This document shows, piece by piece, positions 35,389 through 43,569 of a stretch of DNA of 43,805 nucleotides. The translations under genes were made by a program, and so were the position numbers. The stretch's first letter is position 1. Each line of letters opens with the position of its first letter. Origin of the DNA: Euryarchaeota archaeon UBA173. Its GTDB lineage: Archaea; Thermoplasmatota; Poseidoniia; Poseidoniales; Thalassarchaeaceae. A model generated the notes under the pieces. That model searched no databases. It was not told the origin of the DNA and saw nothing but the letters and a program-made list of their open reading frames with translations. The DNA lies in NCBI GenBank assembly GCA_002498925.1, contig DAJH01000040.1, positions 1 through 43,805 on the forward strand. The letters run 5' to 3'.

Positions 35389-38300
35389 ATGAACACAAGG
35401 AGAAAGTCCGTATTGGCACTGCTTCTCCTAATTTTCTCAACGTGGTCAGGGACGGCCGCTGCAGATGTTCAGGACGAGTTTTCAGAATCGCAGAGCACCT
35501 CATTTTGGGAAGGGGAATGGTCGCTTCTCGAAAATGCCGCGGAATCCGAATATCCGCTCAGGGAGTTTTCGGGTTTCGTACATTCGCCGCTTGGAACTTT
35601 TGACCCTCTCGTGGAGGCAATGCCCATTGGCCCGGACTGGCTGATGAATCCCGATAATCCGACAAATCCCAGAATGATGCTGGTTCAGTCCTTCACCTCT
35701 GATTTGACTCCCCTAATCAACGATCTAGAATCATCTGGTTTCAAAATTCTAGACTCTATTCCAGACGGCGTTTTGGTTGTCAGGCCACCGTCCGAGGGAA
35801 GCCATGTGGACTTCCTGGGAAAATCCCCTAATGTCAGATGGTTCAGTGAGATGCCTCACTCATGGAAAGTTTCATCCGAAATTTCCGATGTATCGCCCCC
35901 TGTGGATTTTCTCAATCTAGACGTGACTCCGGCATCGGATTTGTCGTTCGATGAAATATTGGAGCTCTCATGGCACCTTTCACAAATTTCTGAAAATTAC
36001 GGTCGGGACGAAATTTGTGACTCAAGTCTATGTCAGTTAAGGGGGGTGAGTCCGGATTGGCTCGCACCACTGGCATTGGACTGGAGGGTGCTGAGCATAC
36101 AAACCTCCAGCGTATTGACTATTCACAATAGCAACGCGTGGGCGATTTCCGGTCTCGAAGGGGCCTATCTCGAAAGTGGAAATTCTCTGAATGGATCAGG
36201 AGAGGTCCTAGCGATATCAGACACAGGTTTGGACGAAGATCATGGTGACTTTAATGGCAGGGTAAGGGGGATTTACGATCAGTTTGGGCCAGATAACAGC
36301 CATTCTGATATGAATAGCGGTCATGGCACTCATGTCGCAGCCACTCTTCTAGGCGACGGTTCTGGTGATACTGCATCTAAGGGAATGGTCCCCGATGCCA
36401 CATTCCACTTCTATCAGCTAGAGGCCGACAACTCAGGATTTCTTGCTAGGTGGGGTTCACTTTACGAGATGTTCACCCACTCATGGGACCAAGGAGCTAG
36501 GATTCAGACCAATAGTTGGGGCAACACAAATCTAGTCGGAGAGTACTCCTCGGATTCTCGTTCTGTAGATGATTTCATCTATGACTATCCACGTTTCCTA
36601 GCACTATTCTCAGCGGGTGATCTTGGTCCGAACCCCAACTCAGTTACCCCCCCGGGTACCGCAAAGAATGCACTGACCGTCGGGGCCTCAACCACAGGCG
36701 CCTACTCTAGTGTCCCGGAAGGATCGGTGTCCGAAACTTCATCTTCGGGGACTACCTTAGACGGGAGGATAAAGCCCGACATCGTGGCTCCTGGGGTGAT
36801 GATTTGCTCTGCTAGAGCGGAGGAAGCACAGTACGCAAGTGGCAGCTCATGTTCGACAGCCACCCATAATGATGGGACGACCCCGCTCTATATGGCCCTG
36901 AATGGATCATCCATGGCTACTCCCGTCGCCGCTGGCGCAGCTGCGATGACCAGGCAGTACCTAAGGGAATCAGAGGGAATTAGCGAACCACGCTCCGACC
37001 TAATCAGGGCCATTCTCATAAATGGGGCCGAGGATATTGGAAATCCCGACATTCCAAACGCACTTGAGGGATGGGGGCAACTGGATCTGCAACAGAGTTT
37101 GTATCCATCTGGCACTTTCAATGATGACATCATGGGAAGCTCAGAGGGGAGCTTGAATTTATTCTATGACGACTCCAGACAACTCCTGCCAGGTCACAGT
37201 TTCGCCTACACATTTGAGATGTCCAGCGATGCCATGGGCGGGCTTGATGTCACATTGGTATGGAACGACAGAGAGGGATCAGCAATTGCTAACCAGAGCG
37301 CTCCTCGCTTGGTCAATGACCTTGACCTCAGAATAACTGCTCCAAATGGCTCAGTATACATTGGAAACAGCTTCTCTGCTGGATTCAGCATTATGGGGGG
37401 TGGGAATGAGGACAGGCTGAACAATGTCGAGAGAATCAGACTGCCCTCGGGGGTCAGCGATATTATCGAAACGTGGACCGTTGAAGTGGGTCATGCCGGC
37501 GGTTACCTGCAGGATTACTCCCTAGTTATATCGGCCAGTGCGTCAGAGGTTGAGAAAGCAGACCTTGCGGTCTTCGAGGGTTCCCTGACAACATCAGTCG
37601 ATAGCCCTCTCCAGGGCGACACCCTCCTAATAGAGGCGGCTTGGGGCAACAGGGCCGCAGCACCCTCCGGCAATTACAAAGTTGAGATTGAAGATCTAAC
37701 CACGGGGACTATCATTCACACCTCCAGCAGGCCTTCACTAAGCGGCGGAGGCCTAGACTCCCTCTCATTCCCCCACTCATTCTCATCCACTGGTGCGCAC
37801 CTTCTCGAGCTAAGATTGGATTCAGACTCCGAAGTTGAAGAACTCAACGATGAGATATCCGGAATTGATAACAATAAGGTCGTAATATCAGTGACCGTTT
37901 CTCAGATAGGGGTCAGAGTCACGCCCTTGATGGAAGATGGTAACTTACCTCAAAACCCCTCGCAAATGGAACAGGCCATGAAGAGGACGCTAGATCCTCG
38001 AACAGGGAGCTCAATATATTTCGACCTAGAGTTAAGGAACGAGGGAACATCCCCTATTTCTGTCAGGTTAAGCGTTTCACCCGTACAGATTGTTTCGGAG
38101 AATGGAATATTACAACAGCCTTCGGATGAATGGTGGAAACTACTCAATGAAACAGGCCCCTGGGAACTATCCCCACTTGGGGAGGAAGGAGATAGGGTAA
38201 TCGTCCAGTTGAATCTCACCGATGTAGATACGGATATCGACAATCCATCGGGCGCTGTTTACGCTCTACCTGGTACATTTGTAACGGATCTAAATCTCTA

Positions 38301-40179
38301 TGATGTCAACGCTCCAACCGTATCTCACTCAATGAGGCTAGAGGCAGAGGTGGAAAGGGTCGAGGGTCTGTACACCATTGCAGCCGGTACTCAGGAGTTG
38401 GGGGCAGAACCAGGCGAGCTAGCAATTTTCTCACTTTCAGTAAAGAATACCGGCAATGGCCCCACTCAGTACAGGGTAGTTTGTGATTCTGAAAATAACT
38501 GGCCAATTTTAATCGGCAATAGTCAGTCATCCGATGTCACACTAGACCCCCTGGGGAGGCTGCAGTTCCTACCAATCCCAATCAAGGTCAGGGTACCCGA
38601 TTCTGAGAATGGTGAGCCTGCTGCAGGAACTACGGAGGACCTTTCCTGCACCACTACTTCTGTAAATGATCCAACCCTTACTACCACAGAGGACGCAACT
38701 GTAGTGGTTTTCGAGAATATGGATTTCCTCACAGATATCTATTCGGTAGATCTATCCGACGAGTGGACTCCACTCGGCCCCCTTGCAGTAGCCACAGATA
38801 GAGCAGTTCTGAATGGCGATATTATTGCAACTAAGATGGTGGTTTCAAATGACGGCAACCTGCCAATGTCATTCGAAGTCACAGCACTTTCCTCTCTAAA
38901 TACATGGCCAGTACAGATAGTCCATGGAGAAGAAGAGTCCCTGGAAGGGGTCGCCTTCACAATATCTGCCGGTTCACAGGCAACGGTGACTGTGAACACC
39001 ATCGTTCCGATGACTGCACAGATGGGGGATTCTAACACCATCACAATAAGGACCACGCAGGAAGGCGGTCAAACAGTAACAAATGCAACCAAACTCGTCG
39101 TTCTCGAACTTGCCCACCTAGATCTAGTAGGGGATGAGAAAATTTCAGTTGCACTAGGGACGAGTGGAGTCTCGTCCATACATGCACACAATGTTGGAAA
39201 TGTCGAACTCTCAGTTTCGCTAACCATGGGCACTCTCCCAGATGGGTGGTCTGCTGGGTTCCTCTCCTCTCGAGACTTCCAAATGGGTATGAATCAGCAG
39301 GCAACCATATCGGTTGCTTTGGAGCTACCCGGAAACTTGTCCTCGGGCCCCCTCTCCAATACCGTTCCTGTCATTATCGAGGTGTTCACACCCAGTGGCG
39401 TCTCCCAGTCTTACACAGTTTGGATGCAAGTCGAAGTACTGCCGTCTTCTTGGCTCAAATTTGAATGCGAGAGCACTCTACTGGAGGGCATAGTCGCCAA
39501 TTCAGAGGGGGAATTCGAAGTTACCCTGACTAATTGGGGGAATGTCGACTCGGAATTTACGATTGACATCATCTCGCCAGAGGGGTGGACAGTATTCATT
39601 TATTCTTCGCATTCAGGTCCACTTTCCCCCGGCCAGTCGGTTCAGATTACAGTTACAGCGAGCCCCGGTGAATCCACCGAGTTTGGTCTGGTTCAGCTTT
39701 CTTTGCATGCGAACTCGACTTCCTCCGAAGTAACTTCAACCGATGGCAATCTGGATCTGCAGGTCAGCAAATCCCGTGACTCTGGTTCATTTGCCATACC
39801 CTCTTGGGCATATGCGGTAGCATTCCTTTTGTTGCTATCTGCCACCCTAGTAGTTGGACTCAGGATGAGGAGTTCATCATCTGATGGGCTGAGGCCGGAG
39901 GAGGAGCTGATACCCCCTGGTTCCGCGCTACTCTCAGGAACTCAAACAGAGAGGAGGGCTGCAGCAATGGAGACCAGCGCCTCGGGTGAGGTACTAACGG
40001 GCACGGTCAGTAATGACGAGATCGAATCGGCGATGAGTTCATCATCCCTGCCCTCGCTTGAGATTCCAAAGTCTCCAGAAGGGGCTGCTCCGTTACCCCT
40101 TGGAGGCCTTCCTGAGGGATGGACAATGGAACAGTGGGCCGCCTATGGCCATCTCTGGTGGGAACAGAATCGTCCGTGA
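35389..40179 (+). CDS. Giant (1596 aa) membrane-anchored subtilisin-like (S8) serine protease with a long CARDB-like repeat stalk
   Basis: Signal peptide MNTRRKSVLALLLLIFSTWSGTAAA. The S8 triad blocks are AISDTGLDEDHGDF (about 36211-36250), GHGTHVAATLLG (about 36318-36350) and NGSSMATPVAAGAAAM (36901-36948). At least five downstream beta-sandwich modules carry N-x-G-N motifs (ELRNEGTSPISV, VKNTGNGPTQY, VSNDGNLPMSF, AHNVGNVELSV, LTNWGNVDSEF). The TM helix is AIPSWAYAVAFLLLLSATLVVGL (about 39790-39865), followed by a ~105-aa cytoplasmic tail ending LPEGWTMEQWAAYGHLWWEQNRP. Confidence 0.92.
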   Translation: MNTRRKSVLALLLLIFSTWSGTAAADVQDEFSESQSTSFWEGEWSLLENAAESEYPLREFSGFVHSPLGTFDPLVEAMPIGPDWLMNPDNPTNPRMMLVQSFTSDLTPLINDLESSGFKILDSIPDGVLVVRPPSEGSHVDFLGKSPNVRWFSEMPHSWKVSSEISDVSPPVDFLNLDVTPASDLSFDEILELSWHLSQISENYGRDEICDSSLCQLRGVSPDWLAPLALDWRVLSIQTSSVLTIHNSNAWAISGLEGAYLESGNSLNGSGEVLAISDTGLDEDHGDFNGRVRGIYDQFGPDNSHSDMNSGHGTHVAATLLGDGSGDTASKGMVPDATFHFYQLEADNSGFLARWGSLYEMFTHSWDQGARIQTNSWGNTNLVGEYSSDSRSVDDFIYDYPRFLALFSAGDLGPNPNSVTPPGTAKNALTVGASTTGAYSSVPEGSVSETSSSGTTLDGRIKPDIVAPGVMICSARAEEAQYASGSSCSTATHNDGTTPLYMALNGSSMATPVAAGAAAMTRQYLRESEGISEPRSDLIRAILINGAEDIGNPDIPNALEGWGQLDLQQSLYPSGTFNDDIMGSSEGSLNLFYDDSRQLLPGHSFAYTFEMSSDAMGGLDVTLVWNDREGSAIANQSAPRLVNDLDLRITAPNGSVYIGNSFSAGFSIMGGGNEDRLNNVERIRLPSGVSDIIETWTVEVGHAGGYLQDYSLVISASASEVEKADLAVFEGSLTTSVDSPLQGDTLLIEAAWGNRAAAPSGNYKVEIEDLTTGTIIHTSSRPSLSGGGLDSLSFPHSFSSTGAHLLELRLDSDSEVEELNDEISGIDNNKVVISVTVSQIGVRVTPLMEDGNLPQNPSQMEQAMKRTLDPRTGSSIYFDLELRNEGTSPISVRLSVSPVQIVSENGILQQPSDEWWKLLNETGPWELSPLGEEGDRVIVQLNLTDVDTDIDNPSGAVYALPGTFVTDLNLYDVNAPTVSHSMRLEAEVERVEGLYTIAAGTQELGAEPGELAIFSLSVKNTGNGPTQYRVVCDSENNWPILIGNSQSSDVTLDPLGRLQFLPIPIKVRVPDSENGEPAAGTTEDLSCTTTSVNDPTLTTTEDATVVVFENMDFLTDIYSVDLSDEWTPLGPLAVATDRAVLNGDIIATKMVVSNDGNLPMSFEVTALSSLNTWPVQIVHGEEESLEGVAFTISAGSQATVTVNTIVPMTAQMGDSNTITIRTTQEGGQTVTNATKLVVLELAHLDLVGDEKISVALGTSGVSSIHAHNVGNVELSVSLTMGTLPDGWSAGFLSSRDFQMGMNQQATISVALELPGNLSSGPLSNTVPVIIEVFTPSGVSQSYTVWMQVEVLPSSWLKFECESTLLEGIVANSEGEFEVTLTNWGNVDSEFTIDIISPEGWTVFIYSSHSGPLSPGQSVQITVTASPGESTEFGLVQLSLHANSTSSEVTSTDGNLDLQVSKSRDSGSFAIPSWAYAVAFLLLLSATLVVGLRMRSSSSDGLRPEEELIPPGSALLSGTQTERRAAAMETSASGEVLTGTVSNDEIESAMSSSSLPSLEIPKSPEGAAPLPLGGLPEGWTMEQWAAYGHLWWEQNRP

Positions 40180-40210
40180 CCGTTATCACTGTCAACTAGG
40201 TCGGAATGAC

Positions 40211-40825
40211 ATGGCTGGTTCTATCGTACTCTTTGGTCCGCCTGGTGCGGGTAAGGGAACGCAGGCCGGTAGGATTTCTGAATTAACGGGCAAGCCACAG
40301 GTTTCAACGGGGGACATGCTTAGGGCAGCTGTCTCCCAAGGCACACAGTTGGGCCATGAGGCCAAGACTTTCATGGATGCAGGATTGCTAGTTCCAGACT
40401 CAATTATCATCGGCCTTATTTCTGAGAGGCTGAAGGACGAGGATGCTGTAGGGGGAGTTCTGTTTGACGGTTTTCCCCGAACCATCCCCCAAGCAGAGGC
40501 ATTGGCAGAAATCGTGTCCGTGGAAGTCGTGATTTCCATGGAGGTCCCGGATGATTCGATTGTTGAGAGGATAGTTGGAAGGAGAATGGATCCTCAAACT
40601 GGTGAGATCTATCACATCAAGTTCAAACCCCCGCCTGAGGGTGTCTCTATGAGGGTAGTGCAGAGAAAGGACGACACCGAAGAAACGGTAAGAAGCCGAT
40701 TAGCAGCCTACCATGAACAGACGGCACCTTTGGCCGACTGGTATTCTAAGCGAGGATTACTAATGCGTATTGATGGAAATGGATCAATCGAAGATGTTGG
40801 GAACGCCATAGCTTCTAAATTGTGA
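40211..40825 (+). CDS. adk: Adenylate kinase, bacterial/eukaryal Adk type with a Cys-free lid
   Basis: MAGSIVLFGPPGAGKGTQ P-loop, STGDMLRAAV, the FDGFPRT block, and the lid GRRMDPQTGEIYHIKFKPP...QRKDD are present. The ATG at 40211 is preferred over the TTG at 40058, which would overlap the protease gene. Confidence 0.9.
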   Translation: MAGSIVLFGPPGAGKGTQAGRISELTGKPQVSTGDMLRAAVSQGTQLGHEAKTFMDAGLLVPDSIIIGLISERLKDEDAVGGVLFDGFPRTIPQAEALAEIVSVEVVISMEVPDDSIVERIVGRRMDPQTGEIYHIKFKPPPEGVSMRVVQRKDDTEETVRSRLAAYHEQTAPLADWYSKRGLLMRIDGNGSIEDVGNAIASKL

Positions 40826-40828
40826 GGG

Positions 40829-41161
40829 ATTGAAATTTCTAGAGGCAAGAAGTACCGTTCCCGATCCTCCAGGAATAGGAAAGCAGATGCCGCTGCAGCT
40901 ATAGCGATCCTTTCCGAGACCCTATCCACACATCTCGACGATAAGCAAATTGCAGATTCAGCTGCGAGGGATATCATCAGGGTGGGCAGGAGGCATGGAA
41001 GGAGGGCCGAACCAGAAATATCTAGGATGATATGCAGAAAATGTTTGAGCGCTCTATCGCCCAGTCAAAACTCAAGAATTAGAATAGTCTCCAAGCAGAT
41101 CGTTACTACGTGCACCATATGTGGAAATATCTCCAAGAGAGGCCCGGGTGATTCAATATGA
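40829..41161 (+). CDS. rnp4: RNase P protein component 4 (Rpp21/Rpr2 family); not in the supplied ORF track because it lacks an ATG/GTG/TTG start
   Basis: My own translation of frame 2 after the adk TGA gives GIEISRGKKYRSRSSRNRKADAAAAIAILSETLSTHLDDKQIADSAARDIIRVGRRHGRRAEPEISRMICRKCLSALSPSQNSRIRIVSKQIVTTCTICGNISKRGPGDSI*. This shows the N-terminal helical pair plus the C-x2-C...C-x2-C zinc ribbon with the R-I-R/V-x-x-x-x-I/V-x-T-C pattern of Rpp21. The stop TGA (41159-41161) overlaps the ATG of the next gene (ATGA). The first canonical start, GTG 40982, would delete the helical half. The start coordinate given here, ATT at 40829, is a guess. Confidence 0.7.
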   Translation: MEISRGKKYRSRSSRNRKADAAAAIAILSETLSTHLDDKQIADSAARDIIRVGRRHGRRAEPEISRMICRKCLSALSPSQNSRIRIVSKQIVTTCTICGNISKRGPGDSI

Positions 41162-41430
41162 AACCAATACCAAGTAGGATTCTCAAACTATCGGCCGACC
41201 CATCAATGAGGCCTACAGTTAGGGTGGGAAAATCAGGCTCAACAGAAGCAATAATCACCGAATTGAAAGATCAGCTTGAAAATCGTGATCTAGTCAAGGT
41301 AAAAGCGAATAGGGGAATTGCAGGTAATTCTAGTGAGAGAGATGACTTATTCTCATCTATGGCCAAACAGACCGGCTCAAGGCTAGTATTCCAGAGGGGC
41401 AACGTCGCAGTTTTCTGGTCCGGGAAATAA
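41158..41430 (+). CDS. CRS1/YhbY (CRM) domain RNA-binding protein
   Basis: The 90-aa sequence LKLSADPSMRPTVRVGKSGSTEAIITELKDQLENRDLVKVK...GSRLVFQRGNVAVFW matches the YhbY pattern (L-R-x-x-A-x-x-L-x-P-x-V-x-I-G-K-x-G-x-T...EL-[IV]-KVK). It overlaps rpp21 by 4 nt. Confidence 0.8.
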   Translation: MKPIPSRILKLSADPSMRPTVRVGKSGSTEAIITELKDQLENRDLVKVKANRGIAGNSSERDDLFSSMAKQTGSRLVFQRGNVAVFWSGK

Positions 41431-41478
41431 CATTATTTCAGACCTCAGAGGGCCCCTGGCAATCGTGAGATATTTAGG

Positions 41479-42903
41479 GTGTTCACAGTTCGACGGGCCA
41501 TGGTGAGTCAAGAACAGGTAGTATTGGGAATCTTCATCCTCTCGTTTGCATTAATTCTTTCAGAGGTAGTGCATAGAACAATAGCCGCTTGGTTCGGCTC
41601 TGTCATGATGCTACTTTACGGTCATTGGACAGGGGTATTCCACCTTCACGAAGAATACAACTCCGCCGGTCAGTTAATCGACACTTACACGCTTGAGCAT
41701 ACCATGTTGGGATGGATTGAGTGGGAAGTTATTGGCCTATTGCTGGGGATGATGATTTTCGCCTCAATTTTGGAATTATGCGGGTTCTTCGAGTATGTCG
41801 CTATCAAGGCTTCCAAGATGAGCAGGGGCGACCCTTGGAGGTTGATAGTCCTGCTCGGAACCTTCACCACATTGCTATCTCTTGTCATCGACAATGTCAC
41901 TGCGATCATCATTATCGCTCCTGTGACTTTGAGAATCTGCAATAAATTGGAAATCAATCCAGTCCCCCCCTTGCTCGCAGAGGCAATCCTGTCCGACACC
42001 GGCGGAGTAGCATCGATGGTAGGCGACCCTCCCAATGTCATGATTGCTGCAGCCGCTGCCGACGCAACTCCTGCCTTGGAAGCGTTCTCTTTCAATGGCT
42101 TTCTTTTCAAGCTGGGTATTCTAACATTCATTGCATGGGTCGCAACTCTGACTTACTTCAGGTGGTACTACAAGGACTGGGCGGAGCAGAAGTCACCACA
42201 CGTCGACCTCCTTATGGAAGAGGACGAGTGGGATGCAATCAACGACAAGCAGCTGATGTATACAACTCTCTTCATTCTCGGTATGACCGTAGTGGCGTTC
42301 TCCGCTAAGTCCCTTCTGGATCTGGAGATAGAGATTGATGGGATAGCTCTAGCAGGTGCTGGTTTCGCACTGATCGCTGCCAGGCCGGGGGAAGAAATCA
42401 GAGAAGGATTCATCAATGACGTAGTAGAGAAGGTTGAATGGCAAGCGTTGCTGTTCTTTGTAGGACTATTCTTGCTAGTTGGGGGAATTGGCGATGTCGG
42501 CTATCTCGATCAGGTCGCCAACTGGATTTTCGATAACTTCGGTGACGATGAAGTCAAGCTCGCCATAGCCATCATCTGGGTCTCTGCAATAGCCAGTGCC
42601 CTGATCGACAACATCCCGTTCACAGCAGCCATGATTCCGGTAATCTTCAGCATCACCGAGGCCAGTGGAGGGACTCTGAGCCCAGAGCCCCTACTATGGG
42701 CACTGGCAATGGGGGCCGGATTCGGTGGAAATGCGACTCCGATTGGATCCAGCGCCAATGTGATGACTGTAGCAATCAGTGAGCGTTCGCCGTATCCGAT
42801 AACCACGAGGGAATGGGTCAGAGCAGGGTTTCCCGTCATGCTGATCACATGCTGTGTGGCGACCGTATTCATGTACTTCTTCCATGGTGCATTGTACGCC
42901 TGA
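41479..42903 (+). CDS. ArsB/NhaD-superfamily (SLC13/CitMHS-like) ion transporter permease
   Basis: About 11-12 hydrophobic helices are present. The conserved hairpin-loop blocks are LSLVIDNVTAIIIIAPV and SALIDNIPFTAAMIPVI, plus GGNATPIGSSANV. Start is GTG 41479 or ATG 41500. Confidence 0.8.
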   Translation: MFTVRRAMVSQEQVVLGIFILSFALILSEVVHRTIAAWFGSVMMLLYGHWTGVFHLHEEYNSAGQLIDTYTLEHTMLGWIEWEVIGLLLGMMIFASILELCGFFEYVAIKASKMSRGDPWRLIVLLGTFTTLLSLVIDNVTAIIIIAPVTLRICNKLEINPVPPLLAEAILSDTGGVASMVGDPPNVMIAAAAADATPALEAFSFNGFLFKLGILTFIAWVATLTYFRWYYKDWAEQKSPHVDLLMEEDEWDAINDKQLMYTTLFILGMTVVAFSAKSLLDLEIEIDGIALAGAGFALIAARPGEEIREGFINDVVEKVEWQALLFFVGLFLLVGGIGDVGYLDQVANWIFDNFGDDEVKLAIAIIWVSAIASALIDNIPFTAAMIPVIFSITEASGGTLSPEPLLWALAMGAGFGGNATPIGSSANVMTVAISERSPYPITTREWVRAGFPVMLITCCVATVFMYFFHGALYA

Positions 42904-42939
42904 CCGCCATTATGAAGCAACAGACCCCCTCGGGGGGTC

Positions 42940-43302
42940 ATGCCCGAATGCGTGGTTTGCGGTTTGGTGACCTCTTCTTCGTCATGCCCAGTTTGCGGAA
43001 GTACGCCATCCGATGAGTTAGAAATATCACAACCTCCTACTTCCGGGGATTCTGAGAACGGAAACACGCTGCCATTCGGTCTAGATACGGAAACGGAAGG
43101 ATCGCGACATTCGTCAATCCCTTTCGGCTTAGAAAAAACCCCAGAAAAAACTGAAACCAATATATTGGCCTTCGGATTGGATAACTCTCCATTGGAAGGC
43201 GAAACGAGAGGACAAAAAGCCGTAACTAGCGAGCAGTCCGGGGATAAATCCACGAATCATTTACTGTTTGGCTTATCCCATTCTCCCTTAAATGACGAAT
43301 AA
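42940..43302 (+). CDS. Zinc-ribbon protein with five tandem 16-residue repeats carrying an h-x-F-G-L-[DES] motif
   Basis: N-terminal C-x2-C-x8-C-x2-C (CVVCGLVTSSSSCPVCG). FGL occurs at residues 46, 62, 78 and 110, a 16-aa period with unit 4 degenerate: NTLPFGLDTETEGSRH / SSIPFGLEKTPEKTET / NILAFGLDNSPLEGET / RGQKAVTSEQSGDKST / NHLLFGLSHSPLNDE. Confidence 0.55.
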   Translation: MPECVVCGLVTSSSSCPVCGSTPSDELEISQPPTSGDSENGNTLPFGLDTETEGSRHSSIPFGLEKTPEKTETNILAFGLDNSPLEGETRGQKAVTSEQSGDKSTNHLLFGLSHSPLNDE

Positions 43303-43319
43303 TCCGTCACCGTGGTCCC

Positions 43320-43324
43320 TTTTT
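43320..43324 (+). terminator. Oligo-T (TTTTT) 18 nt after the zinc-ribbon gene stop; candidate terminator insulating the rRNA promoter region
   Basis: TAA at 43300-43302 is followed by ...GGTCCCTTTTTCAC. Confidence 0.3.
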
Positions 43325-43569
43325 CACACTCAAATGTGGGCCTAGTACCCCGGTTACTTCATATACCGAATGTAGGTCGCCGGGATGCTTTATGTGCTCC
43401 TTGGTACATCGCGTACCAGGGTAAGAGGTTGAGGCCGCTCCGCCCCGCGGGGAGACGGAATGGCCAGAGAAACCTGAATTGATATGCCTGGAATACCAGA
43501 GGAATCAATCCTCCACTATCTAATAGTGGAGAGGCGATTAAAACTCATACAGGTGGGTATGTGGAATCA
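43325..43569 (+). other. Putative 23S rRNA promoter and 5' leader region with several hairpins
   Basis: No ORF is present. AT-rich TATA-like candidates are TTCATATAC (43358-43366) and GCTTTATGTG (43387-43396). Hairpin CCTTGGTAC-atcgc-GTACCAGGG at 43399-43421 (9 bp with one G-U). Palindrome CCCCGCGGGG at 43443-43452. Perfect 8-bp hairpin CTCCACTA-tctaa-TAGTGGAG at 43511-43531. The 3' partner of a processing stem cannot be seen because the window ends. Confidence 0.4.

Noticed and set aside
40058-40210. N-terminal extension of the adk ORF from TTG 40058, overlapping the protease gene by 122 nt
   Set aside because: Adenylate kinases begin a few residues before the GxPGxGKGT P-loop, and the ATG at 40211 gives exactly that. 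The extension has no similarity to anything and overlaps a well-supported CDS.
40823-40825. Genome-wide TGA reassignment as the explanation for the in-frame adk-TGA-rpp21 arrangement
   Set aside because: TGA terminates at least two other well-defined genes in the window at sensible positions (4657-4659 and 40177-40179). A global recoding is therefore not supported. Only a local event remains possible.
42510-43253. 247-aa minus-strand ORF spanning the end of the transporter gene, the intergenic gap and most of the zinc-ribbon gene
   Set aside because: It is antisense to a transporter segment that carries strongly conserved ArsB/NhaD blocks (SALIDNIPFTAAMIPVI, GGNATPIGSSANV). Its translation is Ser/Pro/Gly/Leu-rich with no motif. 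It ignores the clear gene boundary at 42903/42940. It is most likely a shadow ORF.
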